Of a DNA stretch of 64,000 bases, positions 29,533-40,216 are shown in pieces (position 1 is the stretch's first letter; the number at the start of each line of letters is the position of its first letter). The stretch is from assembly GCA_038321865.1 (NCBI GenBank), contig JBBQFH010000006.1, positions 65,199 to 129,198 on the forward strand, read 5' to 3'. Source of the DNA: Gemmatimonadales bacterium (GTDB lineage: Bacteria; Gemmatimonadota; Gemmatimonadetes; Gemmatimonadales; GWC2-71-9). Below the pieces are notes generated by a model that had not been told where the DNA came from, made no database searches, and worked only from the letters and a program-made list of their open reading frames with translations. A program made the position numbers and the translations under genes.

Positions 29533-31362
29533 ATGACTGCAGACTTCCAGCACGAAATCCAGCAGGCACTCGGCGGCAGCTACGCGCTCGAGCGTGAATT
29601 GGGCCGGGGCGGGATGGGCAGCGTGTATCTCGCGCGTGATCTCGCCCTCGATCGCCCGGTCGCCATCAAGGTGCTCCCGCCCGAGCTGGCCGTGCGGCCC
29701 GAGCTGCGCGAGCGGTTTCTCCGCGAGACGCGCACCGCCGCATCGTTCTCCCATCCCAACATCGTGCCGGTCCATGCCGTCGAAGAGCGCGGCGCCGTGC
29801 TCTGCTTCGTCATGGGGTACGTGGACGGCGAGACACTGGCACAGCGCATCCGGCGGGTGGGACCGCTGCCCGCGGCGGAGATCGTGCGCATGCTGCAGGA
29901 GGTGGCGTGGGCGCTCTCCTACGCGCACGGCCGCGGCGTGGTCCATCGGGACATCAAGCCGGACAATATCCTGATCGAGCGCGCGACGGGCCGGGCGATG
30001 GTCACCGACTTCGGGATCGCCCGCTCGACGACGAGCACCGCGGCGGGGCTCACGCGCGTGGGCGAGGTCGTGGGCACGCCCCATTTCATGAGTCCGGAGC
30101 AGGCCTCCGGCGACGCGATCGACGGACGCAGCGATCTCTACTCGCTCGGCGTCGTCGCCTTCTGTGCCGCCACCGGCCACGTGCCGTTCGACGCCACGAG
30201 CACGCCGGCGATTCTCGCGATGCACCTGACGCGTCCGGCGCCGTCCGCGGCCGGCGAGCGGAGCGACCTGCCGGCGCCGCTGGCGGCCGCGATCGACCGG
30301 CTGCTGGCCAAGGATCCGGCGGACCGGTTCGCCACTGGTGAGGCGCTGGTCGAAGCGATCGACGTCGCCCGGAGCTCGCGGCCGGAGGTCTCGCCCGCCG
30401 TGCGGCTGTTCCACGCGAAGGCGAGCCAGATCCTCCGGAACGTCATCATGCTGTTGCTGGTGTCGCCCTACCTGACCAGCCGCCCGAAATACGATGGCGA
30501 CCAGTTCCTCCTGCGCGCGATCATCTTCTCGGCGGTCGTCGCGCTGCTGCTGCAGGTCGCCGCCGGGCTGCGCGAGCTGGCCCGCCAGGGTTTTCGCTAC
30601 GACGATCTCCGCAACGGCCTCCGCGCGATCGGCGCGGAACAGGATGACGCGCGCGCCCGAAGCCGTGCCGCGCCCGACTGGTCGCGGCGCCGGCGCAAGC
30701 GCTGGGCATTCTCCGCGGCGGGACTGGCGCTGAGCGTGGCGACCATGGTCTACGCGGCGTCGCTGCGGGTGCGGATCAGCCCGACGATGTTTCGGAGCCC
30801 GCCGCTGGCACTCTGGCTGTCGGTGTTCGGTGTCGCGCTATTCATTCTCGTGCTGGTGTTCACGGTGGCCAGCGCGGGTGGCGGTGCGCGTATCGACCGC
30901 GCACTGCAGCTGCTCTGGATCGGCCCGGCCGGCCGCTGGCTCTTCGAAGTAATGGCGAGGGGAATCAGCCGTGGCGCTGCACCGGCCGGCTCGACCACGC
31001 TGTCCGGCGGCCGGAGCCCGCTGAGCGTGCTGGCCGGACTGCCGAAACCGCTCCGGCGAGGCCTTGGCAGCGCGGAGATGGCGATCCGCCGCCTCGAGGC
31101 GGAAGCCTCAGCACTCGCGCAGCGCGAGGCGGAGCTCGACGGTGCGCTCGCCGAGGCGACCAATACCGGCGGCGGGGCCGGGGATTCCGCCGCCTCCGAG
31201 CGGCGCTCCCTCGTCAACGAGCTGAGCGAGGCGCGCCGCGCCGCCGGCACTCGTCGGGAAGCCATCGCGGCGGCGCTCGAACGCGTTCGGCTCCAGCTGC
31301 TCCGGCTCAAGAGCGGGCTCGGTAATTCCGCCGACGTCTCGCGCGAGCTCGACGCGGCGTAA
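29533..31362 (+). CDS. Ser/Thr protein kinase with TM segments and C-terminal coiled coil
   Basis: LGRGGMGSVYLARD...VAIKVL, HRDIKPDNILI, DFGIA and GTPHFMSPEQ are Hanks kinase motifs. Hydrophobic helices and an Ala/Glu/Arg-rich coil follow. Confidence 0.9.
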   Translation: MTADFQHEIQQALGGSYALERELGRGGMGSVYLARDLALDRPVAIKVLPPELAVRPELRERFLRETRTAASFSHPNIVPVHAVEERGAVLCFVMGYVDGETLAQRIRRVGPLPAAEIVRMLQEVAWALSYAHGRGVVHRDIKPDNILIERATGRAMVTDFGIARSTTSTAAGLTRVGEVVGTPHFMSPEQASGDAIDGRSDLYSLGVVAFCAATGHVPFDATSTPAILAMHLTRPAPSAAGERSDLPAPLAAAIDRLLAKDPADRFATGEALVEAIDVARSSRPEVSPAVRLFHAKASQILRNVIMLLLVSPYLTSRPKYDGDQFLLRAIIFSAVVALLLQVAAGLRELARQGFRYDDLRNGLRAIGAEQDDARARSRAAPDWSRRRRKRWAFSAAGLALSVATMVYAASLRVRISPTMFRSPPLALWLSVFGVALFILVLVFTVASAGGGARIDRALQLLWIGPAGRWLFEVMARGISRGAAPAGSTTLSGGRSPLSVLAGLPKPLRRGLGSAEMAIRRLEAEASALAQREAELDGALAEATNTGGGAGDSAASERRSLVNELSEARRAAGTRREAIAAALERVRLQLLRLKSGLGNSADVSRELDAA

Positions 31363-31426
31363 TACATTACTGTACGCCCCGCCGGCCTGGTCCGGGCGCA
31401 CCACCTACTCCATTTCCGGATTCATC

Positions 31427-33454
31427 ATGCTGCTCTCCACACTCGTCGTGCTGGCCGCCTTCCAGCAGCCGGTCGCCGGTTCCCCGGCGCCTGCTCCCAC
31501 GCTCGCGGTCTCGCCGATCGCGTCCATCTACGTCGCCTCCGGTCCGCGGATGACGGTGACCGCCGGCGATAGCGTGCGCATCGTCGCCGAGCCGCGGGAT
31601 GCGGCGGGTCATCCGGTGGCGAACGCGTCGATGCGCTACTTCGCGTCGGGTGCCGCCCGCTTCGAGGGGCGGGTGGACTCGACCGGCTACGTCCGGTCCG
31701 GCTCGACGGGCACCATCCCCGTGACCATCGTGGCCTCGGTACCAGGCACGCGGCCGGTGATCGAGCATGTGGACGTCGTCATGGTGCCTGGCGCCGCGTC
31801 GCGGGTGGATGTGGCGCCGCGGGTCGGACGCCTGGCGCAGGGGCAGCGGCTTCGGCTGAGTGGCGTGAGCTATTCCGCCACCGGCGATTCGCGCGACGAC
31901 CACGTCACCTGGCGAAGCTCGGCGCCGGGCGTGGTGCGGGTGTCGGCCGAGGGGGTGGTCACGGCGGTCGCGCCCGGCCGCGCGACCGTGACCGCCACGG
32001 CAGGGTCCGTCCATGAGTCGGTGCCAGTGCAGGTCGTCGCGACGCCAGTCGCGTCGGTCGAGCTGAAGCCGGCGAAGGCGAACGCGAGGCAGGGCGACGT
32101 GGTGCGCTTCAGCGCAATCCCGCGTGATGCGGCCGGCCGGGAGATCACCGGGTTGTCCCCGCAGTGGAGCATCTCGCCGGGTGACGGACAGATCGGTCCC
32201 GACGGCGTCTTCGTGGGATACAACACCGGCGACTACGTCGTCACGGCGAACTTCGGCACCCGGAGCGCCGACGCCCCCATTACCCTGGCTCCGCGCGACG
32301 TCCGCCGGCCGGCGACGGTGGTCGGGCGGCTGCCGCGCACGCTCTTCGGCACCCAGGAGGTCTGGGTGCATCCCGACGGGAAGCATGTGTACCTGGGCAG
32401 CGGCGGCGACCGGATGTACGCCATCGACGTGAGCAATCCCGCGACCCCGACGGTGACCGATTCACTGGTGGCGAATACCCGCCGGGTCAACGACATCATG
32501 ACGACGCCGGACGGCAAGTTTCTCGTCTTCACCCGCGAGGGTGCGTCCGACCGGAAGAACGGGATCGTCATCGCGTCACTCGAGGATCCGGCCCACCCGA
32601 AGGCGATCTCGGAGTTCACCGAGGGCGTCAACTCGGGGGTGCACTCCGCCTTCATCTTCCGGCAGGAGAAGTACGGCACGCACATCTACCTGACCAACGA
32701 CGGCACCGGCGCGATGCACGTGATCGATATCAACGATCCGTACCATCCGAAGGAGGTCGCCCAGTGGCGGACCGCCCGGCCCGACGCGGGACGGACCCTG
32801 CACGACATCGACATCAAGGACGGCCTAGCCTACCTCAGCTACTGGAACGACGGGCTCGTCATCCTCGATATCGGCAACGGGATGAAGGGCGGCAGTCCGT
32901 CCAATCCGCAGCTCGTCACCCAATACAAGTACGATCTCAACACCCTCTATCGTGACGTCGAGGCGAGCTTCGGCCCCGGCTTCATCCGCGGCACCCACAC
33001 CGCGTGGCGGCACAAGAACTACATCTTCATCGCCGACGAGGTCTTTCCCGGCTCGCAGGTGAAAGGCGCCAAGGACGCCGCAGCGGGGCGTGCCTACGGC
33101 CGGCTCCAGGTCCTCGACGTGAGCGACCTGCAGCATCCCCGGTCGGTCGCGTGGTACGAGCCCGAGTACGGCGGCGTGCACAACGTCTGGGTGGCGGGGG
33201 ACACCCTCTACATGGGCGCCTACAACGCCGGCTTCCGCGCCTTCGACATCTCCGGCGAGCTGCGCGGTGACCTGCGGGCACAGGCCCGCGAGATGGTGCA
33301 CGTGAACACGGCCGACATGGACGGACACGTCGCCAACTCGGCGATGACCTGGGGCGTGGTGGTCAGCAACGGGCTCGCCTACGTGAACGACGACAACAAC
33401 GGACTCTGGATCGTGAGAATGGAGCCGGTGCGCGGGAAGCCGATGACGCCGTAG
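31427..33454 (+). CDS. Secreted Big_2 (Ig-like) repeats plus LVIVD-repeat beta-propeller protein
   Basis: Several segments of the type VTWRSSAPGVVRVSAEGVVTAVAPGRATVTATAG are Big_2. The C-terminal half carries repeats of the type AYLSYWNDGLVILDI, LYMGAYNAGFRAFDI and AYVNDDNNGLWIV, which are LVIVD-like. Confidence 0.8.
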   Translation: MLLSTLVVLAAFQQPVAGSPAPAPTLAVSPIASIYVASGPRMTVTAGDSVRIVAEPRDAAGHPVANASMRYFASGAARFEGRVDSTGYVRSGSTGTIPVTIVASVPGTRPVIEHVDVVMVPGAASRVDVAPRVGRLAQGQRLRLSGVSYSATGDSRDDHVTWRSSAPGVVRVSAEGVVTAVAPGRATVTATAGSVHESVPVQVVATPVASVELKPAKANARQGDVVRFSAIPRDAAGREITGLSPQWSISPGDGQIGPDGVFVGYNTGDYVVTANFGTRSADAPITLAPRDVRRPATVVGRLPRTLFGTQEVWVHPDGKHVYLGSGGDRMYAIDVSNPATPTVTDSLVANTRRVNDIMTTPDGKFLVFTREGASDRKNGIVIASLEDPAHPKAISEFTEGVNSGVHSAFIFRQEKYGTHIYLTNDGTGAMHVIDINDPYHPKEVAQWRTARPDAGRTLHDIDIKDGLAYLSYWNDGLVILDIGNGMKGGSPSNPQLVTQYKYDLNTLYRDVEASFGPGFIRGTHTAWRHKNYIFIADEVFPGSQVKGAKDAAAGRAYGRLQVLDVSDLQHPRSVAWYEPEYGGVHNVWVAGDTLYMGAYNAGFRAFDISGELRGDLRAQAREMVHVNTADMDGHVANSAMTWGVVVSNGLAYVNDDNNGLWIVRMEPVRGKPMTP

Positions 33455-33487
33455 GTCGACCCGTCCAACCCTGGAGGCCGTTCTCGC

Positions 33488-34291
33488 ATGGGGCAAGTGA
33501 TCGTTCCGCTGACCCGCCGCCGCTTCGGCGAAACTGCGCGCCGCGACGCCTGGTGGGTGCAGCCGCTGGTGGTGTTCATCATCCTGTCGTCGTTTCTGGT
33601 GTACGCGACGTGGGCGGCATTCCAGAACGCGCACTACCAGGCCGGGCCCTACCTCTCGCCGTTCTATTCGCCGGTGCTGTTCGGCGATTCGCCGCATGCC
33701 TGGTTTGGTCCGAAGCCGGTGTGGTGGCCGGCGCTGCTGCCGTTCTCACCGGCGCTGATCATCCTGCCGTTTCCCGCGCTCTTCCGCTTCACCTGCTACT
33801 ACTACCGCGGCGCCTACTACAAGGCGTTCTGGGCCGATCCGGTGGCCTGTACCGTCGGGGAGCCGCGCCACACCTACTGGGGTGAGAAGACGTTTCCGCT
33901 GATCGTGCAGAACGTCCATCGGTATTTTCTCTACATCGCGCTGATCTTCCTGGTGATCCTGGCGAGCGACGTGTGGCATGCGCTGTGGTTCACCGATGCC
34001 GTGACGGGCGTGACCACCTTCGGCGTGGGGGTCGGCACGCTCGTCCTCGCGCTCAACGTCTTCCTGCTCGGCTCCTACACGCTGGGCTGCCACTCAATGC
34101 GCCACATCGCCGGCGGGTATCTCGACCGGCTGGCCGGCCGGCCGCTCCGGAAGGCAGCCTACGACTGTTCGAGCTGCCTCAACCGCTGGCACACGCGCTG
34201 GGCGTGGCTGAGCCTGTTTGGCGTCGCCTTCACCGACCTTTATGTGCGGATGTGCTCGATGGGGATCTGGCATGACTGGAGACTCTTCTGA
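33488..34291 (+). CDS. Succinate dehydrogenase/fumarate reductase membrane anchor (single large cytochrome b-type subunit)
   Basis: 267 aa with about 5 TM helices and conserved His residues. It sits immediately upstream of, and overlaps, the flavoprotein gene (TGATG). The gene order anchor, flavoprotein, FeS matches actinobacterial Sdh1-type operons. Confidence 0.75.
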   Translation: MGQVIVPLTRRRFGETARRDAWWVQPLVVFIILSSFLVYATWAAFQNAHYQAGPYLSPFYSPVLFGDSPHAWFGPKPVWWPALLPFSPALIILPFPALFRFTCYYYRGAYYKAFWADPVACTVGEPRHTYWGEKTFPLIVQNVHRYFLYIALIFLVILASDVWHALWFTDAVTGVTTFGVGVGTLVLALNVFLLGSYTLGCHSMRHIAGGYLDRLAGRPLRKAAYDCSSCLNRWHTRWAWLSLFGVAFTDLYVRMCSMGIWHDWRLF

Positions 34292-36105
34292 TGACGGAGT
34301 ACCAGACGCACGAGCACGACGTCCTGGTGATCGGCGCCGGCGGCGCCGGCCTCCGCGCGGCGATCGAGGCCGCCTCGGCCGGTGTGTCGGTCGGCCTCGT
34401 CTGCAAGTCGCTCCTCGGCAAGGCGCACACCGTCATGGCCGAGGGCGGTGTCGCCGCGGCGCTCGGCAACGTGGACGATCGCGACAACTGGCGGGTCCAC
34501 TTCGCCGACACCATGCGCGGCGGACAGTATCTCAACAACTGGCGGATGGCCGAGCTGCACGCGCAGGAGGCGCCCGACCGGGTGCGGGAGCTCGAGGCGT
34601 GGGGCGCGGTCTTCGACCGCACACCGGACGGCCGCATTCTCCAGCGCAATTTCGGCGGCCACCGGTATCCGCGCCTGGCCCACGTCGGCGACCGCACCGG
34701 CCTCGAGATGATCCGCACGCTGCAGGATCATGCGATTCATCAGGGCATCGACGTGCACATGGAGGTGACGGTCCTCAGCCTGCTCAGGGACGGGGACCGG
34801 GTCGTCGGCGCCTTTGCCTACGACCGGGAGCGCGGCCGCTTCCGGGTCTTCCGCGCGAAGGCGGTGATTCTCGCAACCGGCGGTGTCGGCCGCGCGTTCA
34901 CCATCACGAGCAACAGCTGGGAATACACCGGTGACGGTCACGCGCTCGCCTACGAGGCCGGCGCCGAGCTGATGGACATGGAGTTCGTGCAGTTTCACCC
35001 CACCGGCATGGTCTGGCCGCCGAGCGTGCGGGGGATCCTGGTGACGGAAGGGGTGCGGGGAGAAGGCGGCGTGCTGCTCAACCGCGAAGGCCGACGGTTC
35101 ATGTTCGACGACATCCCGGCCAACTATCGGGACCAGACGGCCGATACGCCCGAGGAGGGCTGGCGCTACACCCAGGGCGACAAGACGGCCCGGCGCCCGC
35201 CCGAGCTGCTCACCCGCGACCACGTGGCCCGCTGCATCATGCGCGAGGTGCGCGAAGGCCGCGGCAGCCCGCACGGCGGGGTGTTTCTCGACATCGCGTG
35301 GATCAGGGACAAGGTTCCCAACGGCGCCGACGTGATCCGGAAGAAGCTGCCGAGCATGTATCACCAGTTCAAGCAGCTGGCGGACATCGACATCACCACG
35401 ACGCCAATGGAGGTGGGCCCGACCACCCATTACATGATGGGCGGCGTCCGGGTGGATGGGGACACCCAGATGTCGTCGGTGCCGGGGCTGTTCGCCGCCG
35501 GCGAAGTCGCCGCCGGGCTGCACGGGGCCAACCGGCTCGGTGGCAACTCGCTCTCGGACCTGCTGGTGTTCGGGCAGCGGGCCGGCCGGCACGCCGCCGA
35601 ATACGCCAGCACGCATCCGGCGGGCAATCTCCCCGCCGACGAGGTGGAGCGCTGGGCCGGCCGCGCGCTCGCCCCGTTCGAGCGCGGTGGATCGGGCGAG
35701 GGCGCCTACCAGATTCAGCATGACCTTCAGGTGCGCATGCAGGATCTCGTGGGCATCGTACGGCGGGAATCGGAGATGCGGGAGGCGCTCGACGTCATCA
35801 CGCAGCTGAAGCAGCGGGCCGGGCAGGTCGGCGTGCCGGGCAACCGGGAATACAATCCCGGCTGGCACACCGCGCTCGACCTTCCCAACCTGCTGACGGT
35901 CAGCGAGGCGATCGCCCGGGCGGCGATTGAACGCAGGGAAAGCCGGGGCGGCCACTTCCGCGACGACTATCCGGAGAAGGACGCGGCGTACGGATCGTTC
36001 AACATCGTCCTGAGCCGGGGAGGTGACGGCAGCATGCAGATTCGGCGCGAACCGATTCCCCCGATGCGGCCGGAGCTGAAGCAGATCATCGAGGAGATGA
36101 AATGA
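34291..36105 (+). CDS. sdhA: Succinate dehydrogenase/fumarate reductase flavoprotein subunit
   Basis: HDVLVIGAGGAGLRAAIEA, the covalent-FAD His region KAHTVMAEGG, and HPTGM...EGVRGEGG...HYMMGGV...RLGGNSL. Confidence 0.93.
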   Translation: MTEYQTHEHDVLVIGAGGAGLRAAIEAASAGVSVGLVCKSLLGKAHTVMAEGGVAAALGNVDDRDNWRVHFADTMRGGQYLNNWRMAELHAQEAPDRVRELEAWGAVFDRTPDGRILQRNFGGHRYPRLAHVGDRTGLEMIRTLQDHAIHQGIDVHMEVTVLSLLRDGDRVVGAFAYDRERGRFRVFRAKAVILATGGVGRAFTITSNSWEYTGDGHALAYEAGAELMDMEFVQFHPTGMVWPPSVRGILVTEGVRGEGGVLLNREGRRFMFDDIPANYRDQTADTPEEGWRYTQGDKTARRPPELLTRDHVARCIMREVREGRGSPHGGVFLDIAWIRDKVPNGADVIRKKLPSMYHQFKQLADIDITTTPMEVGPTTHYMMGGVRVDGDTQMSSVPGLFAAGEVAAGLHGANRLGGNSLSDLLVFGQRAGRHAAEYASTHPAGNLPADEVERWAGRALAPFERGGSGEGAYQIQHDLQVRMQDLVGIVRRESEMREALDVITQLKQRAGQVGVPGNREYNPGWHTALDLPNLLTVSEAIARAAIERRESRGGHFRDDYPEKDAAYGSFNIVLSRGGDGSMQIRREPIPPMRPELKQIIEEMK

Positions 36106-36851
36106 GCGCCGCGACGTTTCGCGTCTGGCGCGGCGACGCCTCCGGTGGCGAGCTCGTGGATTACACGACCGAGGTGTCCGAAGGGATGGTCGTACTCGAC
36201 GCGGTGCACCACATTCAGGCGGAGCACGCCAACGATCTCGCGGTGCGCTGGAACTGCAAGGCCGGCAAGTGCGGCTCCTGCTCGGCCGAGATCAACGGAA
36301 AGCCCCGGCTGATGTGCATGACCCGGCTGAGCGAGCTCGATCTCACCCAGCCGGTCACGGTCGAGCCGATGAAGGCATTTCCCGCGCTGCGTGACCTGGT
36401 GACCGACGTGAGCTGGAACTTCCGCGTGAAGAAAGGCATTCGGCCGTTCAAGCCCCGCGCGCCCGACGCGGCTGACGGCACCTGGCGGGTCCAGCAGTCC
36501 GATGTCGACCGGGTGCAGGAGTTCCGGAAGTGCATCGAGTGCTTCCTCTGCCAGGATGTCTGCCACGTGCTCCGCGACCATCACCTGCATGAGGAGTTCA
36601 TCGGGCCGAGATACCTGGTGTACACCGCGGCGCTGGAGATGCACCCGCTGGACGTCGAGGATCGTGTGCCCGAGCTGCGGCAGGCGCAGGGCATAGGCTA
36701 CTGCAATATCACGAAATGCTGTACGACCGTCTGTCCGGAAGGGATCAAGATCACGGACAACGCGATCATTCCGCTCAAGGAACGGGTCGCGGACCAGTTC
36801 TTTGATCCCCTCGGGAAGCTGGTGAATATCTTCTCGCGGCGGCAGAGCTGA
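36102..36851 (+). CDS. sdhB: Succinate dehydrogenase/fumarate reductase iron-sulfur subunit
   Basis: Cys clusters CKAGKCGSCSAEINGKPRLMC, CIECFLCQDVC and CNITKCCTTVCP. ATGA overlap with sdhA. Confidence 0.92.
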   Translation: MSAATFRVWRGDASGGELVDYTTEVSEGMVVLDAVHHIQAEHANDLAVRWNCKAGKCGSCSAEINGKPRLMCMTRLSELDLTQPVTVEPMKAFPALRDLVTDVSWNFRVKKGIRPFKPRAPDAADGTWRVQQSDVDRVQEFRKCIECFLCQDVCHVLRDHHLHEEFIGPRYLVYTAALEMHPLDVEDRVPELRQAQGIGYCNITKCCTTVCPEGIKITDNAIIPLKERVADQFFDPLGKLVNIFSRRQS

Positions 36852-36870
36852 GGCCGCATCGGAGCACCTC

Positions 36871-37371
36871 ATGCATGACCTGAAGCACATCACCGTGGCC
36901 GGCGTCGCGGCGGCGCTGCAGAAGGCCGAGCGGTATCGTCTGCTGAACGAGCCGTCGGCGGCGGAGAGCATCTGCCTCGACGTGCTCGCGGTAGACCCCG
37001 ACAATCAGCAGGCGCTGATCCAGCTCGCGCTCTCCCGCACCGACCAGTTCAGTGGCGACCTGGCGGGCGCCGTCGAGCGCGCGCGCGAGCCGCTGGCCCG
37101 GGTGCGGGATGACTACAAGCGGGCCTACTATCTCGGGATCGTGTGTGAACGGCGGGGCAAGGCGCAGCTTCGGTCCCAGTCGCCGGGCGGGCACGCGATC
37201 GCCTGGGACTGGCTGCGCCGGGCGATGGACCTCTACGAGCAGGCCGAGCAGCTCAGGCAGCCGGGCAACGACGAATCGCTGCTCCGCTGGAACACCTGTG
37301 CCCGGATCATCGACCGGCACCATCTGACGGCGCCGGCGATCGAGCCGATGGACCCCGCGATCGGCGAGTGA
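36871..37371 (+). CDS. Conserved hypothetical helical (TPR-like) protein
   Basis: 166-aa ORF starting 19 nt after sdhB with normal-looking composition (AERYRLLNEPSAAESICLDVLAVDPDNQQALIQLAL). I recognise no family. Confidence 0.6.
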   Translation: MHDLKHITVAGVAAALQKAERYRLLNEPSAAESICLDVLAVDPDNQQALIQLALSRTDQFSGDLAGAVERAREPLARVRDDYKRAYYLGIVCERRGKAQLRSQSPGGHAIAWDWLRRAMDLYEQAEQLRQPGNDESLLRWNTCARIIDRHHLTAPAIEPMDPAIGE

Positions 37372-37533
37372 ATCGCCCCGCCAGCGGAGACTGGCTGGCC
37401 CGGGTTCGTGGCGGTATCATCTCTGGCAGAGATCCCCTCCACCAGAACGAGCGCCTGTGATCGATCTTCACGACCGCGCCCAGCCGGCGGTGAAGGATTG
37501 CGGCTTGTGCCTTGGCATCGCAGAGGCGCGGGC

Positions 37534-40191
37534 GTGACGGCGGCGCCCGACCGCCTGACCGCGGCCCTCGCCGATCGCTATCGGATCGGGCGCGAGCTGG
37601 GGCAGGGCGGCATGGCGACGGTGTACCTGGCGGAGGACCTGCGGCACGACCGCAAGGTCGCGGTGAAGGTCCTGCGGCCCGAGCTCGCCGCGGTCATCGG
37701 CGCCGAACGCTTCCTGTCCGAGATCAAGACCACCGCCAACCTCCAGCACCCGCACATCCTGCCGCTGCACGACTCCGGCACCGTGAACGGCACGGTGTTC
37801 TACGTGATGCCGTACGTCGAGGGCGAGTCGCTCCGCGACCGGCTCACCCGCGAGAAGCAGCTTCCCATCGCCGACACGGTGCGGATCGCGTCCGAGGTGG
37901 CGAGCGCCCTCGACTACGCCCACCGCCACGGCGTGATCCACCGCGACATCAAGCCGGAGAACATCCTGCTGCACGACGGCCGCGCGCTGGTGGCGGATTT
38001 CGGCATCGCGCTCGCCGCGAGCACGTCGGGGACGCGCATGACCGAAACCGGGATGTCGCTCGGCACGCCGCATTACATGAGTCCCGAGCAGGCGATGGGG
38101 GAGCGCGAGATCACGGCGAGGAGCGACGTCTACGCCCTCGGCGCGATGACCTACGAGATGCTGGTGGGGGAGCCGCCGTTCACGGGGCCGACGGCGCAGG
38201 CGATCATCGCGCGGGTGCTGACCACGGAACCGGTTCCCCTCAGCCAGATCCGGAGGACGGTGCCGGCGCACGTCGAGGATGCCGTGCTCACGGCGCTCCA
38301 GAAGCTGCCGGCGGATCGATTCGCCTCAGCGGCCGACTTCGCCGCGGCGCTCGGCGATGCGAACACGACCAGCCGGCGGACGCCGCCGGCATCGCCGGTT
38401 GACCGAACGCACCGGCGCGCCCGGCTCCTCTGGCCGGCCGCGGCGGCGCTGCTCGGCGCCGCCGCGCTCTGGGGCTGGTTGCGCCCGGCGCCCGTGACTC
38501 CGCCCAGCCGCCAGCGCGTCGTGCTGTGGAAGACGCCGTATCCCGACTTCCTGCTGCCCGGCTCGGTGCGGGTAGAAACCCGGGTCGCCATCTCGCCGGA
38601 TGGAGCGAATATCGTCTTCGCCGATTCCGTCGGTGACGACACCCAGCTCTTCCTCAAGACGGGGAACGAAGCCCGGCCGATTGCGATCGAGGGCACGGCG
38701 GGTGCGGCCGGACCCTTCTTCTCGCCGGATGGCGCCTGGATCGGGTACTTCGCGCATGGCGGCATCCTCCGCAAGATTCGCCTTTCCGGTGGCGGCTCCA
38801 TTCAGCTTGCCACCTCGGCCAATGAGACGTATCCGGTCGGGTCCTGGTTCGACGACGGGACCATCGCGTTCGTCGATGCCGCCAACTCCCTGGTTCGTAT
38901 TCCGGGTGACGGAGGGACAGTTGAGACCCTGCGCCCTGCGACCCCCGGTCATCCTGACGATCCGTCGGTCGTGACGGCGCTTCCAGGCAGCCGGGGCCTG
39001 CTGTTCACCGGCTGTCCCGGCAACTGCGCCAGCGGCTCCGCCGTCTACGTCTTCGACCGTGCGCGGCACACCACCCGGCTCCTGGTCCCGAACGCGACGG
39101 GCGGATGGTACTCGCCGACCGGGCATCTGCTCTATACCGGCCGGGACGGCGGGCTCTATGCGGTTGGCTTCGACCTGAAGCGCATGGCGGTCGTCGCCGG
39201 CGCCGTCTCGGTCGCCGACGGCGTGGCACCGAACGGCCTGGCCCTCTCGGCTTCCGGCACGGCCCTCCTCTCCTTCGGCACCCAGGATCTTCGGAAGTCG
39301 ACGCTCGTTCGGGTCGCGCGCGACGGAACGGCGGAACCCTTCGCACCGGACTGGACGGGAAACTTCGAGTATCCCAGCCTGTCCCCAGACGGAAAGACCC
39401 TCGCGGTCAGTGTGCGCGACCGCGTGACGCAGCTCTGGGTCCGCCGCGCCGACGGATCCCGCCTGCGGATCTCCCGTGGCGAGCTCGGCAGCTGGCGCCC
39501 GAGCTGGGCCGCCGACGGGCGAAGCTTCGCCTTCGTGACCACCAACGGGGTCTCACCGGGTGCCGGCACGAACGAGGTCTACCAGTCGCCGACCGACGGC
39601 AGCTCGCCACCGCGCCTCCTGGTCCACATCCGCACCAACATCTGGGAAGCCGAATTCAGCCGCGACGGGCAATGGCTGGTGGTGCGCGCCGACAACCAGG
39701 CCTCGTTCGGCGACGTGCACGCTCGGCGGCTTCTGGGCGATACCACGCTCCGCCTGATCTACTCCGACAGCAGCTTCAACACTCAGATCTCGCTTTCGCC
39801 GGACAGCCGGTGGCTGGCGTTCACGTCCGACCACTCGGGCTCGTCCGAGGTGTATGTCGCTTCGTTTCCCGACATGCAGGTGAAGTACCTCATCTCGCAG
39901 GGCGGGGGGAGCGAGCCCCGGTGGGCGCGCAGCGGGCGGGAGCTCTTCTTCAGGAGCCGCGGGCAGCTGATGAGTCTGCCGGTGGCGGCCGGGACCGGAT
40001 TTGCGGCCGGCAGTGCCCGCGCGCTCTTCCCGGTCGCGGCCTACGCCAACGCGGTCAACCGGCCGCAGTACGACGTCGAACCGGATGATCGTCACTTCAT
40101 CATGATTCGCCGGCCGGCCCGCGAGGCGGCGCAGGAGCTCGTGCTGGTCGAGGGATTCTTCGCCGATCTCGTGTCGAAGGTGAGCCGATGA
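37534..40191 (+). CDS. Ser/Thr protein kinase fused to TM segment and PD40/TolB-like beta-propeller sensor (STK paralog 1)
   Basis: LGQGGMATVYLAEDLRHDRKVAVKVLRPEL, HRDIKPENILL and DFGIALA. The C-terminal half contains SPDG-type repeats (FFSPDGAWIGY, LSPDGKTLAV, SLSPDSRWLAFTSDHSGSSEVYV). GTG 37534 is chosen by alignment with paralog N-termini. GTG 37408 is the alternative. Confidence 0.88.
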   Translation: MTAAPDRLTAALADRYRIGRELGQGGMATVYLAEDLRHDRKVAVKVLRPELAAVIGAERFLSEIKTTANLQHPHILPLHDSGTVNGTVFYVMPYVEGESLRDRLTREKQLPIADTVRIASEVASALDYAHRHGVIHRDIKPENILLHDGRALVADFGIALAASTSGTRMTETGMSLGTPHYMSPEQAMGEREITARSDVYALGAMTYEMLVGEPPFTGPTAQAIIARVLTTEPVPLSQIRRTVPAHVEDAVLTALQKLPADRFASAADFAAALGDANTTSRRTPPASPVDRTHRRARLLWPAAAALLGAAALWGWLRPAPVTPPSRQRVVLWKTPYPDFLLPGSVRVETRVAISPDGANIVFADSVGDDTQLFLKTGNEARPIAIEGTAGAAGPFFSPDGAWIGYFAHGGILRKIRLSGGGSIQLATSANETYPVGSWFDDGTIAFVDAANSLVRIPGDGGTVETLRPATPGHPDDPSVVTALPGSRGLLFTGCPGNCASGSAVYVFDRARHTTRLLVPNATGGWYSPTGHLLYTGRDGGLYAVGFDLKRMAVVAGAVSVADGVAPNGLALSASGTALLSFGTQDLRKSTLVRVARDGTAEPFAPDWTGNFEYPSLSPDGKTLAVSVRDRVTQLWVRRADGSRLRISRGELGSWRPSWAADGRSFAFVTTNGVSPGAGTNEVYQSPTDGSSPPRLLVHIRTNIWEAEFSRDGQWLVVRADNQASFGDVHARRLLGDTTLRLIYSDSSFNTQISLSPDSRWLAFTSDHSGSSEVYVASFPDMQVKYLISQGGGSEPRWARSGRELFFRSRGQLMSLPVAAGTGFAAGSARALFPVAAYANAVNRPQYDVEPDDRHFIMIRRPAREAAQELVLVEGFFADLVSKVSR

Positions 40192-40216
40192 GTGGCGAAC
40201 CGGGGCTCGGGCCGGT